A stretch of 64,000 nt of DNA from Paragordius varius (Eukaryota; Animalia; Nematomorpha), in NCBI GenBank assembly GCA_964247055.1, contig OZ176051.1, forward strand, positions 3,286,001-3,350,000. The letters are read 5' to 3'. Made by a program: the position numbers and the translations under genes. Under the pieces are notes generated by a model, which was not told the origin of the DNA, made no database searches, and saw nothing but the letters and a program-made list of their open reading frames with translations. Each line of letters starts with the position of its first letter. The stretch's first letter is position 1. Positions 37,981-51,579 of this stretch are shown in pieces.

Positions 37981-40529
37981 TTTAATTAATAATATCATCT
38001 ATAAACTTTTTAGGCCATGCTAATCCTCATTTCATTTTTCGATATAGCCTTATTTTTAATATTGTTTAAAATTGGATTGTGAGCGATATTCATATTTAGC
38101 CAAAAATAAAACAACAAACAATTATATATATTGTCAAAAAGGTTTAGGTTATTATAGGGTGCGGATGGGGTCAACTGTATTTATTGAATTTCCTTTTAAT
38201 ATTTTAATCCAAGAATTTCTTATATTCATATATGAAAAAGTGATAATTAAATCTAAATATCATGAAAATATTAAACAATGAAAGTAAGATATTTTTTCCA
38301 TTTTACATCTTTAAAAATATTTTTCCTTATTACATTCAATGTGCCAAAGAATGTATCTTTAAATTTAAAGCGTAGTTTTTGTCTCTTTGATCCATAACGC
38401 TTTAAGTATATACCCCAAATTAGAGTGTCAATAATATTTCAATTTAATAAATCAAATGTATCGTTAATGATGTTCACTTCTTATTTACATTTGATAATAC
38501 TTATTCATATTCTTAATTTTTTGATACTTTATGACACATAAATTTTTTAGCTTAAATACCGTTATGTGAACTTATTTTAAAATAAATATATTAACACGTA
38601 GTAATATTCTAAAATCTAAAATTTAGACAGCCTTAAAAGTCCAATTATACAGCTAATTTATATCAATACACTACAACAAATTTTTCTGCCATTCAAGTTT
38701 TTTGCATTTTCTGATATTTAGTATCATTTTAACAGTAAATCTGAAATAAAAATTATAACTCGTTGGAAGAATTTTGTATAATTTGATTTTTTTGATTATG
38801 CGCCCTCTTTATCAAAATTTTACTAAAAAATGTTTTTCTTTGAAAATATACAAGTAATGCCCATTTCTAATATATCATTCGAAAGAGTATTCAAAAATCT
38901 ATAAAATGCATACTAATATGTATTACATCGACAGTTAATATTGGACACAAAGAGCGACAAACGCGCGAAGCGAGAGCATTTTTTTTAATTATTATATTTT
39001 TAAAACTAATGGATGAAAATAGCTCAAACTTTGTTAAGATGGTGAAGAATGTCTAAAAAAGATAACACAAGAAAGCTTTTTTGATTAAAACGTTTTTATT
39101 GCTTTTATGTCACTCAAAACAGCATTTTTAAGTTTTTTGTTTTTTAAATAATTACCATCTCATCAATACTAATTTATTTTCTTTACGAAGCTGATAATTT
39201 CGAAATTTTAAAGATAAAAACAAAGTTTAAGGTATTTTTGATCTTTTATAGCCATTATGTAATAAATTTACAGTTATAACTATGCATTTTAGTATCCACT
39301 AGGTAAAATATTTATGATAATAATAATTTTTATTAAAAAAGCTAACCAAAAGCTTTTTCAAACATTTTTTTTAATTAAATACTAATATAACCCTAATAGT
39401 TATATTAAAATAATTTATATGATTTTCAAATTAGTTTGCCTGTGAAAATTCTTGACTTATTTAAGGATTGAAAATTTCGACCATTTAAATCCAAATAACT
39501 TTTACATCCGATTGATTTAAATGACTTACTACCATTTAAAAGATGCAGTTTTTTGCGCTCTTTCGAATGATATAAAATACATGGCTTCATATCTAAAACT
39601 TTTAATTTTCGAAATTTCGAGTTTAATGTTAAATCGGGGCCAAAAATTATCGATAAACTCTAATATAAAAAAATTCTTGCATGCTAGACTAATTTTCTTT
39701 TCAGATATACTAATTATGTACTTTAATGAAATAATTTTAAATTTACAAGAATGGCAGTTAAAAAAAGTTAAAATTTGTTGTCTAGTGATATTATTCAAAA
39801 TTTACCTGCAAAATATGATTAAAAGCATTTATTACTTAATCTTTATGAAATGTTAATTATTTTACAAAATTCTTGGTGGGATCAAGATTTTTTCAATTTC
39901 AAACTCTCTTTGCCTTAAGATTCAAATTGGAATAAATTGACGCCACACCATATAATAGATATTAAATAAACTCTGATCAAAATTATATAAATAAGATATA
40001 ATATCTAAAATGCTCCATATCAAACTACTTAGACGCCATTTTTACAACATTTTTGCAAAATATCGTGTTTATTGTAACACTAAAATTAAATTTAATTTTT
40101 TATTAAATTACATCTAACAATATATAAACAGAAAAAATGGTTCATTTTTTATAATTTTGATATTTAGTTACACATGTCAGTCGGTTAAATTTTTACCATC
40201 AGGTTTTTTATGCATACAATATAATATAAAGTTTTTTGAAATCTTTTTTAATAGATCGGTATATCAATGTTAGTGCAAATTTGCAATGTTTTCAATTGCA
40301 TATTTTTTAAAGGCGTGTTGAATCTAAGAACTGAAATAAATACGTTATAAAGTGTGGATATATATGCTTAATAAACAATTAAAATTTTTAAATTTAATAT
40401 CCCAAACGATGTATATCAGAATTCTATATATCTCTAGGTCGTCCTTTTAAAAAGATAATGATATGTTAAGCAGAAGTTATTTCATCAATAATATGGTAGG
40501 TTATAAAATTAACTTTAATGAATATATTT

Positions 40530-40973
40530 TTAAAAAAGATTTAAATTAAAAATTCCTAGTGCATAAAATAATAGATCCAGTAAAATATATTACCGGCTTT
40601 GTAAGCGAAATCAGTCAAACGTACTAATAGGCTATGTTTTTTCTTGCATAACCCAGTAATGTCTGGATTGAGTACGCGTCCATTTTTATCAAGAAACTGA
40701 GAAATTATTAAAACATCCTGAAATAATTAAATAATAACTGTGTATTGCAAATTTATATTTAATGCACAAAGGGAGCATGATCTATTAATAATGTCTGACT
40801 TTAATTCATTTTCATTTGATAAAATGCCTTCAATCTAGAATTTATAATATATGCAAACAAGTATAGAGTTATTTGTCTCCGTTTTAACAACTATAAAATA
40901 AAAAACATTAGTCACTTTTTTTTAAAAAATTAGTTGCAGATGAATGAAATTTTCTGATATTTGCTACCCACAT
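40530..40973 (-). CDS. MRPS18A: Mitochondrial ribosomal protein bS18a/mL66
   Basis: Exons 40916-40973, 40859-40890, 40739-40834, 40594-40717, 40530-40555; introns 25, 24, 21, 38 nt. MWVANIRKFHSSATNFLKKIVKTETNNSILIEG...CSLCALNINLQYTDVLIISQFLDKNGRVLNPDITGLCKKKH...AYKAGI matches MRPS18A CPIC...DVLLLSQF...ITGLC...AHRAGL. Last exon uncertain. Absent from the ORF track. Confidence 0.88.
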
Positions 40974-40995
40974 GTTCAAAATATGATACAAATCA

Positions 40996-43900
40996 ATGAA
41001 TGTTATTAAGACCCCGAAAAATTTCAAAAATTTAAATGTTAAAGTCCTTAAAAATGAGACATTTACTCAAAAATTACAAAATTCCCATAATAAAGTTATA
41101 TCTTGCAAGTTAATTTTATTTATAAAGCAGAAATGCAAGATTAAATTATTATTTTAATCAAAATACGAAATATCAAACTTTACTTGCATCTCATGGTTGG
41201 AGAAACAATAAATCCAAAGGTGATAATTTTAAAATTATTCAAAATAAACAAGTTTTAAATATTATAAAACAGTTTTCTTATTTTGATCTTTCGAATATCG
41301 GCTTTAATCCGAACAAATATTGTTTTGAGGATAATGGCCATATTCTACAGGAAAAATTTGGTGAGAACATTTTAATTAAAATTGATCCTCGACTAATTAA
41401 TATTTTAAAGAAAAATGGAATTAAATCACCTACTATGTGCCAGGTCTGTCTTAATATTAATTTTAGACATTAGGAATTTCCAATATTTTAACTAAACAAA
41501 ACACCCTTCTAACCGCAGAAACAGGTTTTACTCAAAATTTACCTCAGGTTCCGGAAAGACTTTTTCATATTTACTCCCTATTTTGCACCAAAATCTGATT
41601 TATAAAAAGACATGGGAACAAGCCTGTCATCGTTATTTAAAAGAAAATCATTTAACATTGCAAAATATTTTAGATAACAATATTATAGTTCCTTATTGTT
41701 TAATATTAGTTCCCACTAAAGAACTCTGCCATCAACTCACGGTAAATTTTAAAGATAATGTATTTTTATAAAATATTGATGTGAGGCAAAGATCTGTATG
41801 ATTTAAATTGTTAAAACCGAGCTATTCCCGTAATAAATCAAAAAATTATTGCCTATTTATTAATATTATTAAATGCAATTTAAAACACGTAAGATAACTA
41901 ATTTGGTGATCTGGATACCTATACCATAATTTATCTTTAATTTTTTGTATATATATATATATATATATCAACTTTTTGTAATAGATATAACTGAATTTAA
42001 ATAATTTTTTTATTCTTAATGTGTGCTATTTTTAAGCTTGGTTTAGTGTTCAGTTTAATATTTTGGAGCCTTTAAGTTAGTTTTTTGTTTTATCATATAA
42101 ATCAACTATGTTGAGCATAGTCCCTAGGTCATAAATTTTAAGTTTCATATTTAAAAACTGAATATTTTATGCACAGAGTATTACCGCTTTAAGCCTAAAA
42201 AACATGTAATTAAAAACAAAATACTCTTTGTACTAGCTATCATTTATATATGTCAATATAATCACATTTAAATTAAAAAAGAGTATATTACATCGTGCAA
42301 ACATTCAGTGTTGTTTCTGGGTAAAATTATAAAAATTAAAAAATTGGAATCCATCTATTTTATTTTTAATTTACAAAAAAATATATTCCCTAAAATCAAT
42401 TTTTTTTCTATATATTTAGCGAACTTTAGAGCTATTTAGGCCAACGCTTCATTTAAATACGATGGAATATGTGTTTGGAAATATCAAGACTCAATATTCA
42501 CCATCAGAGTCTGTGAATGGGCCAGATGTTAAAACTCCGTTTATAGACGTGTGTGTTAGCATTCCCAATCACATTACCCAATCCTTAGTAAATGTCCAAT
42601 CTCTGAAGGCAAGAGATAATATCAATGATACAAATAGAGAATATATCAAAAGTAATTATTACACACAGTGTGATTATCAATATATTGCTAGCTAGCATAT
42701 GCAGCAAAGGTCATTATTAGTGTTTTATAATAATAATTTTGTTCGCTTTTTCTTGCTATCCAATAATAATTGTATATGTTATCTGGCTATATTTAATCAA
42801 TTAGCAATATATGTTTATTCATAATTTAACTTAAGGGCGACAAATGGATTGCTTTTTGTGTAATTTGTGGATTGATATTCTTTGTATAAAATATATGCGA
42901 TTTTTAATGATATAAAAGATGTGGATATATATCAGTCTTGGAAATAAAAGTATGCAAATTGTAAAATTGTTTTTTAAATTTTAATTAGAAACATACTAAA
43001 TCTTAAACCTATATAATATTTATTAGCCTCGAATTGTTTTGAGTCTATCTTAATGTAATTTTGCATATTTTATAACGGAAAATTAGTTCAATAAAAAGAA
43101 ATTTTAAAAATTTTAATTTCTAAAATTGAATCTGTTTCATAAGCAAAAATTAGTTTATCAAATTAAAGGGTTTATAAATGTCATATGCCATTTTTTATAT
43201 ACTATTATTAAAAATTTTATTAGTTTTTGCAATTAATTTACAAATTTTAATTAGGGAATTTTAAAATTTGTTCTAGTTAATTTCTATTTTATTGCATTAT
43301 GCGTTTTTTAGAGAAATTAACTAATTCTAAATGTTGCACTCTGTATGTTTATTACCTATACTTTCTTTTTTCGCACATATTACCTCATAAAAAAGTTTTA
43401 AAAACATCGTTACTATTTAGATTAAATACTTAAAACAACTTTACATTTGAAAATAAAAATATATTTTGTATTCATGTTGAATTGCGTAAATTAATTATAA
43501 ATAAATTAAAAGTAAATTAGTAATGTATTCATCATTGATAAATTTCAATTTTCAAGAAAGCCAAGATCTACAGTCTATCATATATTCATTCAATTTGATT
43601 TGGTATTTATTTTTTTACTTTTTTCAATGTTAGACAACACGAAAAAATTTGACATAAGCCTAACTCAACATATCGTCTTTGATGAAATGGATACCTTATT
43701 TGATGATTCTTTCCGGCCAGCCACACAAACAATATTGGACCAAACTAGTTTATTTTTATATTTATATTTTCAAAATTTCATAATATTAAATTTTTATAAT
43801 TTTAAATTAGAAACCGAAAGCCAATTGATATTAGTGGGAGCTACTAAACCCAAATATTTGAACGAAATTTTGAATTATGAACTAAAAGTAAATTTTTCGA

Positions 43901-46900
43901 CCTTGTTTTGCTATTAAATTATCGCTTGCAATTTATAATAACTATCGACTCATTACAATAATTTAATATATTTTTCATTGTGGTTTAAGATTTAATTGGT
44001 TATCTACCATTAAACATTAACAGTCAAATTTTATTCTTTGTGTGGATAATTTAAGCTATTACTTTTTTAATATTTCGTTTGTGAGGATGTTATGTTAAAA
44101 AGCGTAATTGATAAAATTAAAATATTCTTTGATCTATAATTTTTCCTCAAGAATACCGTATCTTGATATATAGTAAAAATTTGAAATTGTACAGACAAAA
44201 TATAAAACTAAATGACACATATTTTTTTTAAAATAGTAAACTCTTTTTTTCAAACCAATATCTTCCCGACATATACTATTTGAAAACAATTTTAACTTAT
44301 ATGATTGAATGTTTTACATCTTTTTTCCCAAAGTAAAATTCAAATTTATAAAATAATATAGTTGTTTTTAAAAATATATATTTGTCTTTTAATTTTTACC
44401 TTTTGCCCATATATTTTTAATTTTTACTATATAAATATCTGTATAATTCAAGAATGGGAACGATAAAGATTTTGAAACACAATCTTCCCCACATGACTCA
44501 AAAAGTATATATTGCGTCCAAACGAAAAATGTTCACAAGGTGTTACCTCATGTCGTTCAAAAGTTTATCCGATTACTTAAACATGAAAAAATGGCTTATG
44601 TTACAAAGGAATTACAAAAGGGTCTCATACCCCCAAAATCGAAAGAACAACATAAATCCATGTCTATAGGTTTAATATCTATTTTACCATTTATTTTATG
44701 ATTGTTTTTATATTTGTGGAAAAAATTTTATTTGGTGATTCTATTAATATATGATTTCTTTAAGTCTTGTTAAAAAATATTGATTAAATTATTTTCGTGT
44801 TAGCCGACAAGCAAAGCCAAAATAAAATTGAATATCCCAAACTACCCATTACCCTGGTATTTTGTCAATCCTATGAAATCTGTGAAAAGGTTAAAGCTAG
44901 TTTATTAAATAATCACATAATGTTTCAATATTATTATAAAAAAATTGGTATTAAAATTAATATAAATAATAAATTGTAAGAACAAAGTTTTAATAAATCC
45001 TCTCATAATTTGGAATCGATTGTTTAAGGCATATACGATTCTATTGTGGTTTGATCTAATTTAATTCAGATTTTTTTATACTTTTATTGTTTTTTTACCT
45101 AATTTTGAATCATTAACAATGTAAGTTTGGTTTTTTATATGTGGGAATAAAATTTGCCTATAATAAATTAAGATTGCCATGATATTTTCATACACCATGC
45201 TTAAATTTATTTATTTCATTTTTTACAGAATTGTTAATTATAACCGTTCTAAGGTTTTAATACCGGTTGTTTATAATAAAAACTTAGCCATGTTTTTTTA
45301 ACGGAATCTTTTACGATTAGATTTTAATGAATGTCATGTCTACCAATCATATTTAAGAAAACGATTATATTTCAACTGTTTTTATAGATCTACCAATCTT
45401 TGAAAAATGACTTGAAGGGTTGGACTTATTTTGATAATGAAAAACAAAGTTTTACGGATATTGCAGATTGCATTGCTTGCTTTCACGGTAAATTGGATTC
45501 TCATGAAAGGCAAATCATTTATCAGCGCTTTTTCCGATTTTTTCCTCATGGTATGTAAAAAATTAAAGCTGCTGAATAAGAAATATCAATGCTCTTTATG
45601 AAATAATATTTTCCCGCAAAAGTTTTTAAAAAAATTTTTTTTCAAAAATATTTATTACGGCAGATTTTTTTTATTTTTGAGGTTTGTAATTTATCCATTT
45701 TTAAAATTAAGATTAAACATACTTATAAAAATATGTCACCCTTGAAAATAGAATGCGGAAATATCTGCGAAAATAGCATTTAAAAGGTTTTTAAAAATAT
45801 ATTGTGCTATATTTAATATTTTAATCCGTTTATTTTTAATATAAAAAATTATAATGCCTGCTGTTTTTTATAAAAATCATTATGGATTTTTTTCTTTCCT
45901 GTAAAAATATTTTATTTTGGAGTTATTGAAGTTTTAAATCAAAATTGAAACTAAAATTTCGCACTCATTAATATAAATACTAAATTGAGTAGACAAATTA
46001 TGTTAAAAATTATAATTAAAATTTCAGATGAAACAGTTATGATAGGGCACATATAGTATTTATTTATGCGGATAAAATTAAAATTGCGTTATTCAAAAAA
46101 ATTCGTATGCTTTTTGTAAGTTTCAGCATATTAGTCATTTCGTAATATTGTGTGTTTTCGGTAATTTATTAATTTCTCACTTAGATGTAACTAACATTTA
46201 TAGAAATGCAATTAAAATGTAAATATTATATATTTTATAATTTATTAAAATATTTTAAACTTTTTGGAGATAAAGATGGTATCGCCAATAAAAACCATTC
46301 TCCAATCAATATTTTAATCTCAACGGATTTGATGTCACGTGGTCTAGATACAATTCATGTGGATAGAGTCATAAATTACGATTTCCCAAAATATCTTTCG
46401 GATTACATCCATAGGGTTGGTAGAGTTGGACGATGTAAAAGTCCCACTCAATTGGATGATGCAGGTTAAAAATTATTTTATTAAAAAAAATAATCTCATC
46501 TCTTTTTATAAAAATGGTATACTGAAACCCGATTTGAGATTTTTGGATTTCGGGTTATGTTTATGAAAACATTGCGATTGCAAACGAAGGCAAATTAAGT
46601 TATTAATCCAAATCAGACCATATTTAACAATTATATTAGACCTTAGTATTTATTTGTGAATAAGACTTTTCATTGGATTGTAAAATTTTTACCCATAAAT
46701 CTTATTTGATAAATGATATTATAAATCATTTAGATACTATTTCCCGAAATGCCCCTAAAGATGCAAATAACATTGTGATAAACTTAATCAGTACAAAACA
46801 TGAAGCAGAACTCGTACAGCAAATTGAAGTATGCCCTACTAATTTACCTTTTAAATACAATTGACAATAACAAAATATGTTTTGCATATCAAAAACCATT

Positions 46901-47317
46901 AATTTTTAGCATCCAACAAATTTTTGGGGTAAAGTTTCGTTAAGATCATTATATGAAAAATATCTTAATATTTTAAATTATTTTATTTTTGCCTTACTTC
47001 AAAATAACTAGGAAAGATCATATTATATATTTTCAATTGATTTGCCTTAATTTATTAAATAAACATACTCAATAAAAAACTAAATTTAACTGACTGCTTC
47101 AAAATATTTTTTTGATAGATCTTCAATTTTTTCAGATTCCAAGAAATTACATATTACACATTTTTATTCGAAATATTATATACAAACATTAAATACATTT
47201 AAGGAATCGATAAGAAAAAATTTGGCCCTTGACAATGTAAATGCCAACATCAAACGACGCATTGGAAAGTTGATGGCGGAATCAGGAAAAGTCATAAATA
47301 AAACATTTAATAAATAA
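40996..47317 (+). CDS. DDX28: Mitochondrial DEAD-box RNA helicase DDX28-like
   Basis: Exons 40996-41108, 41131-41443, 41467-41524, 41548-41741, 42420-42651, 43634-43747, 43811-43887, 44453-44669, 44804-44889, 45388-45550, 46270-46464, 46734-46828, 47204-47317, all phase-compatible. Motifs [54 protein letters not shown]. Confidence 0.9.
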
Positions 47318-47430
47318 AAATTTATTTTATTAAATAATAAAGGTAAACCATGTATTTGCCATAAAATATAATATTTAATTAATATAAAAAACATTTACTA
47401 TCATCAATATAAAATATATTTTAATAATAT

Positions 47431-49404
47431 TCATTTGGAACAATAACAATTTTGACACAAGTAATATGTTCCATTCAATTTGTTGTGAATAGTCTTAATA
47501 AATTCCATATCGCTAAGTTCGTCATCGGCTTCTAAATAAAATGCATATTCAATTAATATGATATATATTTTTTATAAATAACATTAAAAATTGTTTTTTA
47601 TTTATTTTTAAAGTACTCTTTTGAAGATATTTTATTTCTGTTTAATGTTGTAAAAAATTATATTTAACATGGTGTAAATAAATTGCCTTTTAATTTAGTT
47701 AAACGAATACATTTTGGGGTACTTTTGTACTCCAGAGCTTAAACTTGTAAAACTACTTTTTGAAAAGTTGTTTTGGTCAAATCAATCAAACATTTTCTGC
47801 TGTGTTAGAAAAAAAATTAAAATTCTATACAGTTCTCTAACTAGCATTCAGATTTGGGATAGTTCCAAAATTGAAACAGATAATGATAAAATTAAATATT
47901 AAAGATATGCTGCTAAAATATAATTTAAAAACTTTAACTTAATTATTTACACATTAGTATAAAATACTATTAAGGCTATTAAAAAAAACGAAAGAAAATA
48001 TGGTGGCAAGAACGTTTGAGATAAGGATTTTAAGTTTTACATTTATGAAAACATGCGCCTAAAAGACTAAAGAATGGGCATTTTCAAATTGGGCCCATTT
48101 TACATATTGTACTCCATTTTAAAATTGTTCTGAATTAAAAAATACCTTAATAGATAATGAAATACTTAACATTTTTTGTTCCTTTATCTTAACTATTTTA
48201 ATTATATTAAAAATATACTAAACCATGCAATATTTTATGATCATATAAAATATAAAAAAATATGTTTTCAGGAAAGAGTTTAAAAAATTTTAAGGCATTT
48301 GTTAATAATAATACAAAACCACTTATTCGCAAAACTGAATTGAAACATTCAGTTGTTATAAAGTGTTTTCATGATTAATATTTTAGAATTTAAATAATAA
48401 AAGATATAGAAATAGTAGTTGTACTAGTAAAATACATAATTCAAATTTTTTACCGCTTTACCGGTTTCGGTAAAATTAAAAAAAGGTTTTTCATGTTTTC
48501 GTTATGGTCCTAAAAAAATAATTAGTTTACAGTTTCGTTATTTTTGTGTTAAATGGTTTTGATTTCAACCCATTTTACTTTAAGCAAACTTTATTATTTT
48601 AATAGAATTCAGTAAATAGCCAAATACAGAGCAAAATGGTACTTTCTAAAAATCTATAAAAACACACTTCTATATACCAAAAAAATAAACAAGCTTTCAT
48701 TTTGTAAAAAATATTAAAACAACTTTAAAAATCAAATTTGAAACCCCAATTCGGATTTCAAAACGAGTAGAAACCGTGAATTTTTACAAAACGGTTACCG
48801 GTTTCAAACCCTTAAATATGAAATATTAATTGAGTTATTTTTGAAAATTATAAGTAAGATTTGTAAAAACAATAATAAAAAAATAAATTATTAAAAATAT
48901 GCAATATAAACCTTCGTGCGCTGATCGCGACGTATCATCTTCCAACGAATTATAGGCATCAATATCCATAATATATCTAAAATTATTGACACTAAACTTA
49001 TTTATCGAAAATTTATAAGGAGGGTCTGCTGTTAATTTCGTGGATAATTTATTAGTCCGCCAAGTGTTAATATGCCTATGTTTTTTATTTTTTAGTGCAA
49101 ACACCAATTGTTTACACTTTGTGCAACGATAGCGCAAACTTCGGTCATCAGAAATAGTTGAACTAGATGAGATTTGTTGAGAATTAGAAAATTGTAAAGT
49201 AGAAAATTTTTTCCGTAAATTGTAGCTTGCATCATCTGTATCGGAATAGAGGGTTTCATCATCATCGCCTTTATCACTGCAGGAAAAGTAATTAACTTTT
49301 TGTGCGGATGCCGATCTTTCATTCCAATTATTGCCATTGAGTTTCCGCTTACGGTTCTTTTCTTTTTTATGATTACTATTGGAAAATTTGCAGACATTAT
49401 ACAT
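47431..49404 (-). CDS. Uncharacterised protein with basic and acidic low-complexity tracts and two CxxC pairs
   Basis: Exons 48912-49404 and 47431-47531 (phase 1): MYNVCK...KKEKNRKRK...YRCTKCKQ...SAHE-EADDELSDMEF...YLCQNCYCSK*. Confidence 0.55.
48440..48815. repeat. MITE-like element with ACCG/CGGT-rich ends; related sequence at about 59150-59580
   Basis: TACCGGTTTCGG at the left, CGGTTACCGGTTTCAAACCCTTA at the right; repeated AACCG/CGGTT motifs. Confidence 0.35.
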
Positions 49405-49774
49405 ATGTGAGAGGGTATGATAGAAAATAAGGTATGATAAATAAAAATCAATAATTTTCTCATCAAAAACAATAAATTTAAAATCTATATTCAGCATTTT
49501 TATTATATTTTAAGCATATGTTAAAAAAGATTGTTACTTCTTTTTATTTGATATCCTAAAGACAATAAGAAACTATTGTCCTGGGAACTTAAAAATTTTT
49601 ATTCGCAGTGCCTTTTATTTTTGACTCCGAGTTTTAAATAAATTTAGATTTAAAATTTTCATATATGGCATAATTAGCCTAATAAGCAATTAATTTTGGT
49701 TTAAGTTAGATGATTTTTTCCTCAAAATAACATTAGATTATACACTGCGTCCGAAATCTTAAGGTATATAATGA

Positions 49775-51232
49775 GTGGGATGATAAAAAAGTCGCACTTG
49801 ACTTGTAAGTCAAACAAGGCAAGTTGAGCAAGGATACTTAAGCTAGCAAGTGTCCACTTGAAGATCGGTGATAAAATAAATACCCAAGTCAAGTCTTTTG
49901 CTTATGAATGTATCATTTTTTTGCCACTCAATTCAAATTTTAAGAAATTTTTTTTGATCATTATCAGCCAAAATTTATGAAATAAGGTACTTTAACAGAT
50001 AAACAATCACAATATACATTATTTAAAGTTTTTCAAACTCATGGCACGTATTTTATTTATTATAAATTTGTCTAAATATTGAACCCGGTATTAATTTTTA
50101 ATTGATGAAACCATTCGCCCTTAAAACACTCTCCTACTATTTTACACTACTCATTTTGGGAGTCCATTAAACATAATTTAAAGATGTTTGTACAATATAA
50201 TATTTGAAATAAATTCATAATTAAATAAAGGGTGGGGTGATAAAAAAGATTTTGACTTGACTTGCAAGTTCAAGTCATGGCTTGCTTTCAGATATAAGAA
50301 TCTAACATTAGACGACTTAAGTTAAGCAACCTGATTCGGATGTGATAAAAAATTATATGTCCAAGTAAAACTTATAGATTTTGCAAGTGTGGTGTACGAC
50401 ACACTTGACAGATTTTAAAATATGGATAAAATTATTTTGGAAGCTATTTATGGAAAGAACTTAGGCTTTATATGTAATTAAAACCTTTGTTAATGATGAA
50501 ATTGTTTATTTTATTTATTTTGGCTAAATAAACTATTCAAATTGGGTGATACAAAAGAGGATAAATTTTTAGAAAAACTCTGCTAATATTTAACAATGTA
50601 TAAAAAATATGCTAAATATATTTCCGTGAGCCCGCAAATAATTTGATTTTCGAAAATTTCTTAAAATTATTTATCAAATAATAATCTAATATTTCAAATC
50701 TTCGTTTAATAAACGTTAAAGGTAACTTCACTATTAACTAATGTAAAAAAATTTATTTAATCTTGAATTTATTTCAACTAATTTTGATAATCCATTAAAA
50801 ATTTTATATTGTATAAACATCTTCCTAATATGTTTAATGACCCCTAACAAAATGAGTTGTGTGGTAAAATAAAAGAGAGTGTTTTAAGGGCGAATGGTTT
50901 CATTAACATAAAAATTTTTACTGGGTTCATTATTTCGAAAAATATATAATATTAAATAAGATACGTGCCAGTGAGTTTGAAAAAACTTTAATAAATTCAT
51001 ATTGTATTAATTGTTTCTTTTTAAGTACCTTATTTCATAAAGGCTGAAAATGATCAAAAAAAGTTCTTAAAATTTGAATTGGTTGGCAAAAAAATGTTAC
51101 ATTCATAAGCAAAAGACTTACTTGGGTATTTTTTTATCACCGATCTTCAAGAACACACTTGCTGGCATAAGTATACTTGCTCAACTTACGCTTGACTTAC
51201 AAGTCAAGTGCGACTTTTTTATAACCCCACCC
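49775..51232. mobile_element. Family C element with about 450-bp TIRs and a 550-bp internal segment
   Basis: GTGGGATGATAAAAAAGTCGCACTTGACTTGTAAGTCAA is mirrored by TTGACTTACAAGTCAAGTGCGACTTTTTTATAACCCCACC; GTGATAAAAAA motif recurs internally. Confidence 0.85.
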
Positions 51233-51579
51233 ATAATTTACAAAAAATACACGCTATGTTTAAAAATATAATTTTTAGCAAAATTTTGAAGTGTACTATG
51301 ATTCTTTTTGGAAACATGATTGAAACGAAAATAACTATTTCTTTACAATTCGATGATGAAAAGATTTCTATCACCTCAATATTGTTGAAAAATTCCAAAT
51401 TATTATTAATAATGTAAAAATTTTTTATGTAAAGTTTATTAAAATATAGAAGCACACAATCTTTAAAACAGAGACGTCCGGCGCATTCGTAATATACGTG
51501 AGCTCAACCTGTAACTTTCAACGTAAAACTATAAAAACTACTATTTATTTCAATTTTCGCCGTCCAAATTTTGAAAAGA

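Noticed and set aside
41361-41380. Strong-looking donor G|GTGAGA in DDX28
   Set aside because: The frame reads through without a stop into GIKSPTMCQ, so no intron is required.
42608-42614. GC-AG donor (AAG|GCAAGA) in DDX28
   Set aside because: Wrong phase for the next exon; the GT donor at 42652 fits.
47176-47394. Minus-strand 72-aa ORF
   Set aside because: Antisense to the last DDX28 exon.
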